Shown: positions 1 through 9,481, counted from the stretch's first letter. The stretch is 36,402 nt of DNA from an uncultured bacterium (GCA_913041175.1 CAJWGW010000003.1:1-36402), one strand, 5' to 3'. Notes: generated from the sequence alone by a model not told the origin. Numbers and translations: made by a program.

Positions 1-440
1 AAGTCAGCTGCGGAATTTGTAGCTCCAGCAGGGTCAGGACATCCTGTTCCTAATGCACCTCCCGATGAGTTAACCTTACTTTGGAGAGCGCTGTGATTAG
101 AATCTTCAAGTGTTGTCCCAATGTGATAACTTGTACATCCTGCGTTAATAGCCGCGTATAGGTATGCTCCACCTCCTACGGGGTCTGCAGGAATAACTGC
201 AATGTATCCTGGCGTTACAAGATTTGCTATTGACAAAGCTGATGGATATCCGCCATTTGTGTCAAAGAAAAATTCTAATGCCAATTGTAGTTGTTTTACA
301 TCTGAAATTCTCTTTGCATCTCGTGATTTCTGACGCGCGCTGTTTAAGCTTGCCAGAACAACAGATGAAAGAATACCAATAATGGCAATAACAACTAAAA
401 GTTCAATGAGTGTAAAACCTTTATTTCCTGTTTTTCTCAT
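1..440 (-). CDS. Type IV pilin / prepilin-type N-terminal cleavage-methylation protein (3' end runs off the window)
   Basis: Not in the ORF track. Manual translation from ATG at 440: MRKTGNKG|FTLIELLVVIAIIGILSSVVLASLNSARQKSRDAKRISDVKQLQLALEFF..., a class III signal peptide (G|FTLIE), directly downstream of pilC. Confidence 0.95.
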   Translation of the reverse strand, partial: MRKTGNKGFTLIELLVVIAIIGILSSVVLASLNSARQKSRDAKRISDVKQLQLALEFFFDTNGGYPSALSIANLVTPGYIAVIPADPVGGGAYLYAAINAGCTSYHIGTTLEDSNHSALQSKVNSSGGALGTGCPDPAGATNSAAD

Positions 441-557
441 ATTGAATTTAATTATTTAATAAATATTTAAACGACCGCTCTCTAGTAGTATTAAAAAGAA
501 AGCTTTCTTTATGCTTGTTATTATAGCTATTTAGGGCTTTTTCCCCAAATATGCCCC

Positions 558-566
558 TGTGGATAA
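558..566 (-). promoter_or_regulatory. Perfect DnaA-box consensus (TTATCCACA) upstream of the pilin promoter
   Basis: tgtggataa on + strand is the reverse complement of TTATCCACA. Single copy, in the pilC-pilin intergenic region. Confidence 0.4.
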
Positions 567-586
567 CCATTTTTTAGGATTGAGGG

Positions 587-1792
587 CTATATGCCAGCAG
601 AGATATTGTATATAGGCATAAGAACTGACGCTAAAAGCACTCCAACCCCTAGTGCAAGCGCCACGATAAGCATTGGTTCAATGAGTGTCACGAGAGTATC
701 AACAGTGTTTTTTACTTCTCTGTTATAAAATTTGGAAAGTGTTCCTAAAATCTTACCTAATTCTCCTGTCTCTTCACCAACTTTTATCATTTGAATCATA
801 ATGTTTGGAATTTCGGAATATTTTCCCAAAGATTCTGATACGGGACTGCCGGCTTTTATGTCCTGCACCGACTCTACAAGTAATTTTTGATATACTGCAT
901 CGCCTACAACATCTGATGTGATTTCAATGGCGCGTACCATCGGTATTCCACTTGAAAGCATTGTACTTAAGTTGTCCGAAATTCTGGAAAGATAAAGTCG
1001 TCTGTACAAACCTCCCAAATACGGCAGTGATAATCTTATTTGGGATATTGATAATTTACCGTGTTTAGTCTTGCTAAACCTCCATATAAAGAATCCTCCT
1101 ATAACTACTAAAATTAAAATAAATATTCCATAATTCACAAAAAACTGACTCAAGCCTACTACTGCTTTTGTATAGATAGGAAGTTCTTGCCCTGATTCTA
1201 GAAAGATTGCGCTTATACGCGGAATAACCAACGTAAGCATCAAAATCATAACTGTAATGAATGTAAATATAACAAATATAGGATAGATAAGTGCATTTTT
1301 TGCTTTGGATGTCACTTCGTATGTCCTGTCCAGATAATCAGCCAAATATGAAAATGTTTTATCAAGTTTTCCTGATTCTTCCCCGGCTTTCACCATGTTC
1401 ACATAAAAGGGTGTAAATATTTTCTCATGTTTTCCAAGTGCCTTTGATATAGTGTTACCAGATTGAAGATCATCTACAACTTCTGCAAGTGCAGACCTTA
1501 ACATTTTATTATCGGATTCTGCACCCAATAACTTAAATACTCGGAGAGCCGAGACTTGAGATTCAAAAAGTGTTGCTATTTGCCTTGAGAGAATAACTAT
1601 TTCTTTATTTGAAACCCTGTTAAAAAAAGAAATGTCACGTTTCAGAAGCGATTTGTTTTCTGCAGAGACTATTGATGCAATGACTAGACCGCGCCTCTGA
1701 AGCGAGCTTATTGCGACATCTTCATTCATTGCATCAATACTCCCTGATGTTTCGTGTCCCGTGTTGTCTATTGCTGTGTAGTTAAAAAGCAT
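587..1792 (-). CDS. pilC: Type IV pilus platform protein PilC (GspF family)
   Basis: Two GspF repeats (MVKAGEESGKLD, MIKVGEETGELG), ALIYP and LIEP motifs, TM helices; pil cluster context. Confidence 0.95.
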   Translation of the reverse strand: MLFNYTAIDNTGHETSGSIDAMNEDVAISSLQRRGLVIASIVSAENKSLLKRDISFFNRVSNKEIVILSRQIATLFESQVSALRVFKLLGAESDNKMLRSALAEVVDDLQSGNTISKALGKHEKIFTPFYVNMVKAGEESGKLDKTFSYLADYLDRTYEVTSKAKNALIYPIFVIFTFITVMILMLTLVIPRISAIFLESGQELPIYTKAVVGLSQFFVNYGIFILILVVIGGFFIWRFSKTKHGKLSISQIRLSLPYLGGLYRRLYLSRISDNLSTMLSSGIPMVRAIEITSDVVGDAVYQKLLVESVQDIKAGSPVSESLGKYSEIPNIMIQMIKVGEETGELGKILGTLSKFYNREVKNTVDTLVTLIEPMLIVALALGVGVLLASVLMPIYNISAGI

Positions 1793-1796
1793 AATT

Positions 1797-2867
1797 TTAC
1801 ACGAGTTGCTCTAATAGTTTTGGATTAAGTGAATGGGCCTTTGCGTCCTCTATTGTAATCTCCCCACGTCTTACAAAATCAGCTAATGATCTGTTTAAGT
1901 CAACCATTCCTTCTCCCATACTTGTCTCAATCACGGCATTTATCTCATGTGTTCTTTTTTCACGAATAAGATTTGCAATAGCATTGTTGTTAATCAGAAG
2001 CTCATAGACAGGAATAAGCCCCCCAGAGATTCTAGGAACAAGGCGTTGAGAAAATATTCCAGCCAACGATGCCGCAAGTTGTAATCTTATTTGATCTTGT
2101 CCATTTTCCGGAAATGAGTCAATAATCCTGTCTATTGTCTGTGCAGCATTGTTTGTATGAAGTGTTGAGAGAACAAGGTGTCCTGTCTCGGCAGCGGTTA
2201 CGGCAGTTGATATTGTCTCCACCCCACGCATTTCTCCTATCATAAGCACATCAACATCCTGCCTGAAAACTGACCTCAAAGCTGTGCCAAAATCTTTAGT
2301 GTCAATCTTGACCTCTCTTTGGTCAATCATTGATTTCCTTTGCTCAAATATATATTCTATCGGGTCTTCAATTGTTACTATATGCTCCGCTCTATTGCTG
2401 TTTATAATCTCAATCATTGATGCTAATGTAGTAGTCTTACCTTGTCCGACTGGTCCTACTGCAAGAAAAAATCCTTGTTTTTTTTGTGCGAATGTTTCAA
2501 GTATTGGAGGTAAATTCAGCTCTTCAAGGGATTTGATGTACCTAGGAATAAGACGAAGTGCAACGCCCACATTCCCCTGCTGGAAAAAGCCATTTCCTCT
2601 GAATCTTGTTTCTTTATTATAGCTATATGAGAAATCCATCTCTTTATTCTTAAGGAAAGATTCCATTTGCTCGGGAGTTAAAAGTTCTGTTATAAAACCC
2701 AATGTATCCTCTTTTGTAAGTTTTGGTCTTTTCAAAAGCGGTATCAGAGCACCATTTACTCTAATTGTCGGATTATTACCTGAAGATAAATGTAAATCAG
2801 ATGCTGATTCCTTTACAACAATATCAATCATCTCATCTAATTGCTTTTTGTAGTTATTTTCACTCAT
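1797..2867 (-). CDS. pilT: Type IV pilus retraction ATPase PilT
   Basis: ASDLHL, Walker A GPVGQGKTTT, TIEDPIE, RQDVDVLMIGEMR, TAAETGHLVLSTLHTN. Confidence 0.95.
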   Translation of the reverse strand: MSENNYKKQLDEMIDIVVKESASDLHLSSGNNPTIRVNGALIPLLKRPKLTKEDTLGFITELLTPEQMESFLKNKEMDFSYSYNKETRFRGNGFFQQGNVGVALRLIPRYIKSLEELNLPPILETFAQKKQGFFLAVGPVGQGKTTTLASMIEIINSNRAEHIVTIEDPIEYIFEQRKSMIDQREVKIDTKDFGTALRSVFRQDVDVLMIGEMRGVETISTAVTAAETGHLVLSTLHTNNAAQTIDRIIDSFPENGQDQIRLQLAASLAGIFSQRLVPRISGGLIPVYELLINNNAIANLIREKRTHEINAVIETSMGEGMVDLNRSLADFVRRGEITIEDAKAHSLNPKLLEQLV

Positions 2868-3265
2868 TATTTTTTCTTATCAATTATTTTTTGTACATTA
2901 TTTAAAACCTCTGACGGAATAAAATTCGCTTTTACTATATAGTCGCTTACGCCAAGTTCTTTTGCTTTTTTGATATTAGATTCCTGCCATTGATTTGTCA
3001 GAGCTATCTTTATACAATCTTTTACCAAATTTTCTTCATTTACGACTTTTAAAAATTCAAATCCATCCATGTCGGGCATGACTATATCAAAAAGGATTAT
3101 ATCGGGTACAAGACCTTCACGAAGTCTATTAAGCGCTTCTTTTGTATCCAAACTTGCTACTACTTCAAAACCTCCTTCTTTGAATTTAGTCACGTACATT
3201 TCAAGCAAAAAATTGTCGTCATCTATAATAAAAATTTTGTTTTTGTTTTTTGCCTCTTGTTCCAT
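2867..3265 (-). CDS. Single-domain response regulator (CheY-like receiver)
   Basis: IIDDD acidic pocket, DIILFDIVMPDMDG phospho-Asp, ALTN, YIVK. Start moved to ATG 3265 to avoid overlap with pilB. Confidence 0.9.
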   Translation of the reverse strand: MEQEAKNKNKIFIIDDDNFLLEMYVTKFKEGGFEVVASLDTKEALNRLREGLVPDIILFDIVMPDMDGFEFLKVVNEENLVKDCIKIALTNQWQESNIKKAKELGVSDYIVKANFIPSEVLNNVQKIIDKKK

Positions 3266-3287
3266 AATATTAATTGTACACTGAAAA

Positions 3288-5036
3288 TTATTCTGATGTA
3301 AGCATCTCACCTCCAAGCATGTTGATTTCACTGAAAGGAATGATTTTGTTAAACGCTTTGATTATCGCATCTTCTTTCATTGTAAACATACCGTTCTCTC
3401 GTGCTATTTTTCTTATAGCTGCCTCTGTAGGATTTTTGAGAATCGTTTCTTCAAGCTCTTTGTTCATATCAAGTATCTCATATACGCCAGTTCTCCCTCT
3501 TGTACCTGAAGGGCATTCATTTGTCGGCTTTGCATTGAAAAGCTCCTTGCTCATAGGCACCGTTTTTCTGTATTTTTCAGGTAAATCGCTGAACTGCTTT
3601 TCAAGCATCAACTTAAGAGAACCTTCAACAGGAATTGGCTTGCCTGCACCTGGGCATAACTTTTTCACAAGACGTTGTGCGATTGCAATAACAAGCGTTG
3701 GTGCAATTAAAAACGGGTCAACGTCCATCTCTATCAATCGCGGTATAACACCAAGTGAGTCATTTGTATGGATTGTGGAAAGGACAAGGTGTCCTGTGAG
3801 CGCAGCTTGCACAGCAAGCTGCGCAGTTTCTTTATCTCTTATTTCTCCGACCATTATAATGTCTGGATCCTGACGGAGAGTTGTCCTAAGACCGTTAGCA
3901 AACGTATATCCTATTTCTGGTCTTACTTGAGACTGACTCACTCCCTCAATATTGTATTCAACTGGGTCTTCAAGAGACAAAACATTTTTTGTCTCACGGT
4001 CCATTTCATTTAACATCGCGTAAAGTGTTGTTGATTTACCTGAACCTGTAGGACCTGATATTAGTACCAACCCAAACGGTCGTTTTATAGCTTTTCGTAT
4101 TATTTTAAGATTCCTTTCATCAAGATTCATTTCATCAAGTTTCCATATACCTTTTGCAGTGTCCAATATTCTTATAACTACTTTTTCTCCATAATATGAA
4201 GGAAATGTAGATACACGAAAATCAACCCTGTGTTCATTTAGATTTGTAGAAAAACGACCATCTTGAGGTTTTCTTTTCTCATCAAGTTTCATTGAAGAAA
4301 GTACTTTAATGCGTGCTACCACTGCTTGATGCGTTTTGGTAGGAAGTACCAAACTAGTGTGCAGAATACCATCAACTCTGAATCTTACTCTGACAAAGTC
4401 CCCCATATTTTCAATATGAATATCTGACGCTCTTCCTTCAACGGCATATCTTATAATATTTGCAACTATTTTCGTAACAGGTGCGTCTTCTTTTATAACC
4501 TTTGTGGCAAATTCAGTTTTTTTATCGTCTGTTTTCGTCTTCTTTTTGTCTTTTCTCTCTTCCGCAGCCAACCCTATCTCAAGTTCCGATACTGCTTTGT
4601 TAACTTCTCCAGAAAACCCTTTATACATTTTGAGAACTTTATCAAAATCAGCAACAGATATGAGATATACTTTAAACGGCATACCCGCTTTTGAGGAGAT
4701 GAAATTCATGGCATCAAGTGCTTCTATATTGTCCGGATCAATTATTCCTATCTCCAGAACACTATCTTTAACTCCAAGCGGCACAAATTTATAATGAAGT
4801 GCTGACTCCTCGGGAATATATTTGAACACCTCAAAAGGAATCCTTTTGTTTCCAAGATTCCATATAGGAACATTGAGATGCTCGCCTTTTGTCTTGAGTG
4901 TTATGTCCGGATCAATACCACGATTCTCAAGTACTTTTTCTATCGTTTCACCCGATTCTTTCGCTTCTTCTTTTATTAAAGGAATATCCCCTTCATTTAT
5001 AATGTTTTTTTCTGCTAAGACAGATAAAAGATTCAT
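3288..5036 (-). CDS. pilB: Type IV pilus assembly ATPase PilB (GspE family)
   Basis: N-terminal GspE domain, ASDIHIE, PQDGR, Walker A GPTGSGKSTT, LRQDPDIIMVGEIRD, GHLVLSTIHTN. Confidence 0.95.
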   Translation of the reverse strand: MNLLSVLAEKNIINEGDIPLIKEEAKESGETIEKVLENRGIDPDITLKTKGEHLNVPIWNLGNKRIPFEVFKYIPEESALHYKFVPLGVKDSVLEIGIIDPDNIEALDAMNFISSKAGMPFKVYLISVADFDKVLKMYKGFSGEVNKAVSELEIGLAAEERKDKKKTKTDDKKTEFATKVIKEDAPVTKIVANIIRYAVEGRASDIHIENMGDFVRVRFRVDGILHTSLVLPTKTHQAVVARIKVLSSMKLDEKRKPQDGRFSTNLNEHRVDFRVSTFPSYYGEKVVIRILDTAKGIWKLDEMNLDERNLKIIRKAIKRPFGLVLISGPTGSGKSTTLYAMLNEMDRETKNVLSLEDPVEYNIEGVSQSQVRPEIGYTFANGLRTTLRQDPDIIMVGEIRDKETAQLAVQAALTGHLVLSTIHTNDSLGVIPRLIEMDVDPFLIAPTLVIAIAQRLVKKLCPGAGKPIPVEGSLKLMLEKQFSDLPEKYRKTVPMSKELFNAKPTNECPSGTRGRTGVYEILDMNKELEETILKNPTEAAIRKIARENGMFTMKEDAIIKAFNKIIPFSEINMLGGEMLTSE

Positions 5037-5047
5037 TTAATTTTAAA

Positions 5048-5368
5048 TTATTCTTCATCGCTTGAAGTTATGCCAATCGGCGCAAAAGGATTTTCTCTTC
5101 CTATTGGTTCTGCTGTAAGTTCTTGCCCAAAATCCTCCAGACTTTTGAAAACGGGGTCAGAGAAAATATTTTCATCAAGCTTCACGGAACGCAAATCAAG
5201 AAGAAATGTGAGAAGGTTGCTCTCCTCTACAGAAGCTGCATTGTCCTGACGCTCTGAGACAAGAAGAGTGCTGTCCTCTCCGCCGAACAAAATAGTGTAT
5301 GCAACGCCTGCCATTATTGCTATTGCGATAATTAGTATTGTTGTTTTGTATTTTTTAAAAATTCCCAT
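5048..5368 (-). CDS. Small membrane-anchored pilus-cluster protein (PilP position)
   Basis: N-terminal TM helix, C-terminal GRENPFAP motif resembling the RxPF motif of PilP-like proteins; follows pilO. Confidence 0.6.
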   Translation of the reverse strand: MGIFKKYKTTILIIAIAIMAGVAYTILFGGEDSTLLVSERQDNAASVEESNLLTFLLDLRSVKLDENIFSDPVFKSLEDFGQELTAEPIGRENPFAPIGITSSDEE

Positions 5369-5376
5369 ATTTAAAA

Positions 5377-5925
5377 TTATTTAAGCCAATACGTCTTAAT
5401 GCCTATATTATATTCATAAAGATTACTCTCTCCGGTCTTTGAAGGAATAAGCGAGATTTCAGTGACATCAACAATTCGTAAACTTTTTTCTATATCTTTA
5501 ATAAATTGAATCAAACTCTCATAAGCAGATGTCACTGAAAATGAAAGCAAAACTTGCTCATACGGCTTTTTATCAGGACCTATAACGCTTGCTTGTCTAT
5601 CATCTGTTTTGCTTATCGCTACATTTTTTATGCGTATTCCATAAACTGACGCAATGTTATCAATATCAAGCACAAGTCGCACATTATCAACATTGTCTGG
5701 CAAAAGCTTGGTTAACCTGTCAAGATCGTTTGTTGAAAATGTATTATATCTAGACAACAATCTGTCTCTGACTTCCTGAAGTTCTTTTGATTTATCAAGT
5801 GCCTGATCAAACCTTGTTTCTTCTTGAAGAATTATCTGAATCTCATTGTACGTAGGATCAATGAAGCCAAAGAAAAGCCCCACCGAGAGAAGTATTAAAA
5901 TAATTGGAAATGCTAATCTAGTCAT
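5377..5925 (-). CDS. pilO: Type IV pilus assembly protein PilO
   Basis: N-terminal TM, coiled coil, LLP motif, YESLIQFIKDIEKSLRIVDV; order pilM-N-O. Confidence 0.85.
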   Translation of the reverse strand: MTRLAFPIILILLSVGLFFGFIDPTYNEIQIILQEETRFDQALDKSKELQEVRDRLLSRYNTFSTNDLDRLTKLLPDNVDNVRLVLDIDNIASVYGIRIKNVAISKTDDRQASVIGPDKKPYEQVLLSFSVTSAYESLIQFIKDIEKSLRIVDVTEISLIPSKTGESNLYEYNIGIKTYWLK

Positions 5926-5930
5926 AATAT

Positions 5931-6524
5931 TTATTGGGACAATATCGCACTTTCATATGATATGAGCCGCGAATCTATGAAAGCTGAAAAATTAAATACT
6001 ACATCGCCTTTCTTGTTCAGATCAAGCTCCGAGAAAATTGGCTCCAATATAAATTTATTTTTGCCAAACACATCTGACTGTAGTGCAACTGAGCTGAAAT
6101 TCTGTGCCCTTCCTTTCATTGAAATTCTTGTTTTACCACTTTCGTCTGTTATATAATCAAGACTCTCAAAACTTATACTTTCAAGTGTTGTCGCTTCAAG
6201 CAGGTCAAAAAATGCGGATGTAGCTTTGTGATTATCCAATATATCCTGCGCTGAGTTTATACGAGTATCAAGACGGCTTATTTCCTCTATAATAGACGGC
6301 TCAAAGGCGATGCTTGCACGCGCAAGTGATGCACTTTTTTGCTCTATACTTTTGATAATAAACTGCTGATAGAGAAATACTCCTATCGCAAGAGCAATAG
6401 CGCCAATGAATACAACCAATGTGAACAAAAAGAAAATGCCGATACTGCTTCCTTTTGCCTGCCTTCTTGGTGCAGTAAGCGATTTTTTAGGAATAAAAGA
6501 TGTATGTGTCTTAAGTTCAGGCAT
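5931..6524 (-). CDS. pilN: Type IV pilus assembly protein PilN-like
   Basis: Short cytoplasmic N-terminus, single TM, coiled coil, ISMKGRA; lies between pilM and pilO. Confidence 0.7.
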   Translation of the reverse strand: MPELKTHTSFIPKKSLTAPRRQAKGSSIGIFFLFTLVVFIGAIALAIGVFLYQQFIIKSIEQKSASLARASIAFEPSIIEEISRLDTRINSAQDILDNHKATSAFFDLLEATTLESISFESLDYITDESGKTRISMKGRAQNFSSVALQSDVFGKNKFILEPIFSELDLNKKGDVVFNFSAFIDSRLISYESAILSQ

Positions 6525-6583
6525 ATACTTATTATACTTTGTAATTTACACAGACGCTATTAAGAAAAGTGAATAAGGGTGCC

Positions 6584-7723
6584 TTAAGTATCTTCCTGCA
6601 GTCTGCGCAGTGCAAGTCCTATAGCTACGGCAAATCCCGGTCCTACTTCTTTTAACACTTTCTCGAAAAATGCCGGCGCTTCTATTTTTGAAAACGGATC
6701 GCTTATTGAAACGTCTATTTCAAGGTGTTTTTTTGCAATAGGAAGCAGACCCTTCACTGTCGCACCGCCACCTGTAAGTACTGCATTCCCTACATTTTTC
6801 CCATATTTCTGTTGGTACTGGAGAATCACTCTGTTTGCTTCCGAAAAAACCCTGTTTAACCCAAGAACAATGGCCTCTTTGGAGTTTATGATTGTGTCAT
6901 CACTCTGCCCGTCCTCAATACCGAATTTTCTTTTAAGTTGTTCAGCCTTGGATACGCTTACACCGAGGGATTTTGAAATTGTTTGCGTGATGTCCTGCGA
7001 ACCGGAGTTTATGACATGAGATGTTTTTACAACGCCATACTCCACAATGTAGAGCTTAGTGTTACCGGCACCCATATCAAGAACCATTGTTGGTGTAATA
7101 CTTCGTCCGACAATCGCCCTTATTGCGCTGAAAATCTCTATCTCAAAAAATCCTACATTAAGCTGTACTGCTTTAACTATTTCATTGTATTTAGTTAAAG
7201 TACTGTTGTGAATCGCAACGACAAGTACGTCTATTTTTTTTCCTGATGTCTCTTTTTTAGTTTCAGTCTTTTTTTTGTCTTCTTTGTCTTCATCATCTAA
7301 AGGTAAAGATTTATCCTCATTTGGAATTATAAACCAGTCAAGTGTCACTTCAGAGATTGGCACAGGAATGTACTTCCTCGCCTCAATGGGAATCATTGAG
7401 GCGAGGTTTTTATCCTTAAGCACAGGCATTTTAACTACCGATATCAAACTTGATGAAAAAGGGATAGAAACACCTGCTTTTTGGGTGGTAACATTTGCTT
7501 CTTTCAGGAGGTCCTTAAGCGCTTCTGCAAGTTTAGGGGCAGGAGGGCTTGTCGCCTGTCCTACTTCTAAGTTCATATACGGCCCTAAAGACAGCTCTCC
7601 GTATGTCTCCAGCACAGCTACGCCACGGCGTTTCTTTAACTGTACGACTTTTATTGATGATGCGCCGATATCAACGCCGATTACGCTGGTATTCTTTTTA
7701 TTCCCAAAGTTTAAAAACTTCAT
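6584..7723 (-). CDS. pilM: Type IV pilus assembly protein PilM (actin-like)
   Basis: IGVDIGASSIKVV, EARKYIP, LDMGAGNT, VLTGGGA, FAVAIGLALR. Confidence 0.95.
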   Translation of the reverse strand: MKFLNFGNKKNTSVIGVDIGASSIKVVQLKKRRGVAVLETYGELSLGPYMNLEVGQATSPPAPKLAEALKDLLKEANVTTQKAGVSIPFSSSLISVVKMPVLKDKNLASMIPIEARKYIPVPISEVTLDWFIIPNEDKSLPLDDEDKEDKKKTETKKETSGKKIDVLVVAIHNSTLTKYNEIVKAVQLNVGFFEIEIFSAIRAIVGRSITPTMVLDMGAGNTKLYIVEYGVVKTSHVINSGSQDITQTISKSLGVSVSKAEQLKRKFGIEDGQSDDTIINSKEAIVLGLNRVFSEANRVILQYQQKYGKNVGNAVLTGGGATVKGLLPIAKKHLEIDVSISDPFSKIEAPAFFEKVLKEVGPGFAVAIGLALRRLQEDT

Positions 7724-7749
7724 TATATAATAAAGTATAATATAGAAAT

Positions 7750-8406
7750 ATGCATAGATTCAACCAAATCATTGGGATAGCATTTGATTTTTTCTTACCT
7801 AAATCCCCGCTTGATAAAGCCGTTGATGAAGTCAACGTGGAGAGTTTGTCAAAGAAATTACTTAAGGGAAGGGAAACTGAAAACGAATCTATCTATGCCC
7901 TATTTGACTATCAAGATGAGCTCATAAGACATATGGTATGGGCGCTTAAATACAGGAGAAATCGGAGAGCCGCTCAAATCTTTGCGCAGATTCTTTATGA
8001 TTTCCTCGCAGAAGAGTTCTCGGATTTGAATGTTTATTCGGATTTTGATAAACCACTACTTGTCCCTATCCCGCTTTTCAAAAAGAGACTAAGAAAAAGG
8101 GGATTCAACCAAACAGAAATCCTTGCGAAAGAGATTGCCGTAATCGGTGGTGATTCTTTTTGCACGCTTCACACGGGTTTACTTAGAAAAATAAAAGATA
8201 CACCGAGCCAGACATCACTTGAAAGAGAAGCGAGGTTGAGAAATGTAGCAGGCGCATTTGCTGTAGCAAATGTGCCTAATATAAAAAACCGAAACATAGT
8301 CTTGCTTGATGATGTTACAACAACAGGAGCAACATTAAACGAAGCTCGCAAGACTTTACTCAACTCCGGCGCAAAAAGCGTTTTGGGAGTCGCAGTTGCA
8401 CATTGA
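7750..8406 (+). CDS. comF: ComF family competence protein (phosphoribosyltransferase fold)
   Basis: LKY, LVPIP, RGFNQ, R..NV.GAF, LLDDVTTTGATL motifs; no N-terminal Cys zinc ribbon. Confidence 0.92.
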   Translation: MHRFNQIIGIAFDFFLPKSPLDKAVDEVNVESLSKKLLKGRETENESIYALFDYQDELIRHMVWALKYRRNRRAAQIFAQILYDFLAEEFSDLNVYSDFDKPLLVPIPLFKKRLRKRGFNQTEILAKEIAVIGGDSFCTLHTGLLRKIKDTPSQTSLEREARLRNVAGAFAVANVPNIKNRNIVLLDDVTTTGATLNEARKTLLNSGAKSVLGVAVAH

Positions 8407-8916
8407 GTGGAAATAAAAAACCCCCTGTTGTAGAAAACAGGGAGTTTGTGCCATTCTTTTAAGATCAAGTTTTGGCTTTGGTGCAAGAGAACGAAGTTCT
8501 TCTTCGCTTGTACCAATATCGTCAAGAGAAAGATCTCCTTCTTTAAGTCTTTCGCGTAAGCGTTTTATCCAAGTAGGATATTGAGACGGTTTTTCACGTA
8601 TCCACCTAATATATCTTTGAGCTCTCAATTTACACCCTTCTATAAATAGTTCTTCGAGTTCTTTTTTACTTGTACCAATGTCAGTAAGAGAAAGACCGCC
8701 TCTTTCAAGATTTTTTCGTAAAGATTCTATCTGAAAATGACGAGCATATGGATATTTACGTATGTAGTCAAGATTTTTTTGAACAGATACGAAATAAGTT
8801 TTTCTTGTTTCTTTAGTTGCTAAATCATTAAGTAATGTGATTACTATCACTATTACTAAAATCGAAATAGATACTATGAGGACATATATTCCATATATAA
8901 TGAACACTTTCTTCAT
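8356..8916 (-). CDS. Hypothetical membrane-anchored protein with two 54-aa repeats
   Basis: N-terminal TM; repeats GGLSLTDIGTSKKELEEL and GDLSLDDIGTSEEELRSL; AAGGAGG upstream. The C-terminal tail overlapping comF is doubtful. Confidence 0.75.
   Translation of the reverse strand: MKKVFIIYGIYVLIVSISILVIVIVITLLNDLATKETRKTYFVSVQKNLDYIRKYPYARHFQIESLRKNLERGGLSLTDIGTSKKELEELFIEGCKLRAQRYIRWIREKPSQYPTWIKRLRERLKEGDLSLDDIGTSEEELRSLAPKPKLDLKRMAQTPCFLQQGVFYFHSMCNCDSQNAFCAGVE
8415..8447 (-). terminator. Intrinsic terminator between convergent comF and the accessory operon
   Basis: aaac-cccctgtt/aacaggga-gttt stem with an A-run on its left (U-tract on - strand). Confidence 0.6.
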
Positions 8917-9037
8917 TTCGTCTTCCTCCTTTTTGAAGTTCTATGAAATCAAGATAGGTAAAGCGGTATACTCCGGATATGATGTCGAAGATCTTAGATC
9001 TTCCTTTTATTCATATTATCATTAGCAACCGCTTTAC

Positions 9038-9223
9038 CTAAAGAAATTCCATTCTGTTCCTTCTTCTTATCTTGGAAGTCGGAATAAGATTAGGAGATGA
9101 GCCAGAGCCATGTATCTTTAAAGCTCGCTCAAGGATTACCATAGAATAACTAGCTCTAGACTCTAAATATCGGCTTTCTTTTTCATCTTTTTCTTCTCTA
9201 GATTTTTTGCGTTTAGTCGTCAT
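9038..9223 (-). CDS. Small basic hypothetical protein
   Basis: 61-aa ORF preceded by AGAGGAG-ATAGTT-ATG, 12 nt after the upstream ORF. Confidence 0.6.
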   Translation of the reverse strand: MTTKRKKSREEKDEKESRYLESRASYSMVILERALKIHGSGSSPNLIPTSKIRRRNRMEFL

Positions 9224-9235
9224 AACTATCTCCTC

Positions 9236-9442
9236 TTATACTTTCAGAAATAATTTTCTTATATCATTATGAAGGCAACCACATGTTTTCTGCATTACTT
9301 CTTTTGCTGTGAAATTCTCTACAAGACATTTGTCGCATACTCCATCTCCAAATGGCCATAGATGTTTAAAGAAACCCTTACATTCACAGCATTGAGAAAG
9401 TACTGTTCTAAATCCATAAGATTGTTTTTTTACAGTTAACAT
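9236..9442 (-). CDS. Small Cys-rich hypothetical protein (possible zinc ribbon)
   Basis: CCECKG, CDKC and CGC motifs; AAGGAGG-TAGTT-ATG upstream. Confidence 0.65.
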   Translation of the reverse strand: MLTVKKQSYGFRTVLSQCCECKGFFKHLWPFGDGVCDKCLVENFTAKEVMQKTCGCLHNDIRKLFLKV

Positions 9443-9481
9443 AACTACCTCCTTTTAAGGTTTGGGTTTTTGTCTAGGTTT

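Noticed and set aside
558-566. Replication origin
   Set aside because: Only one DnaA box seen and no dnaA/dnaN nearby.
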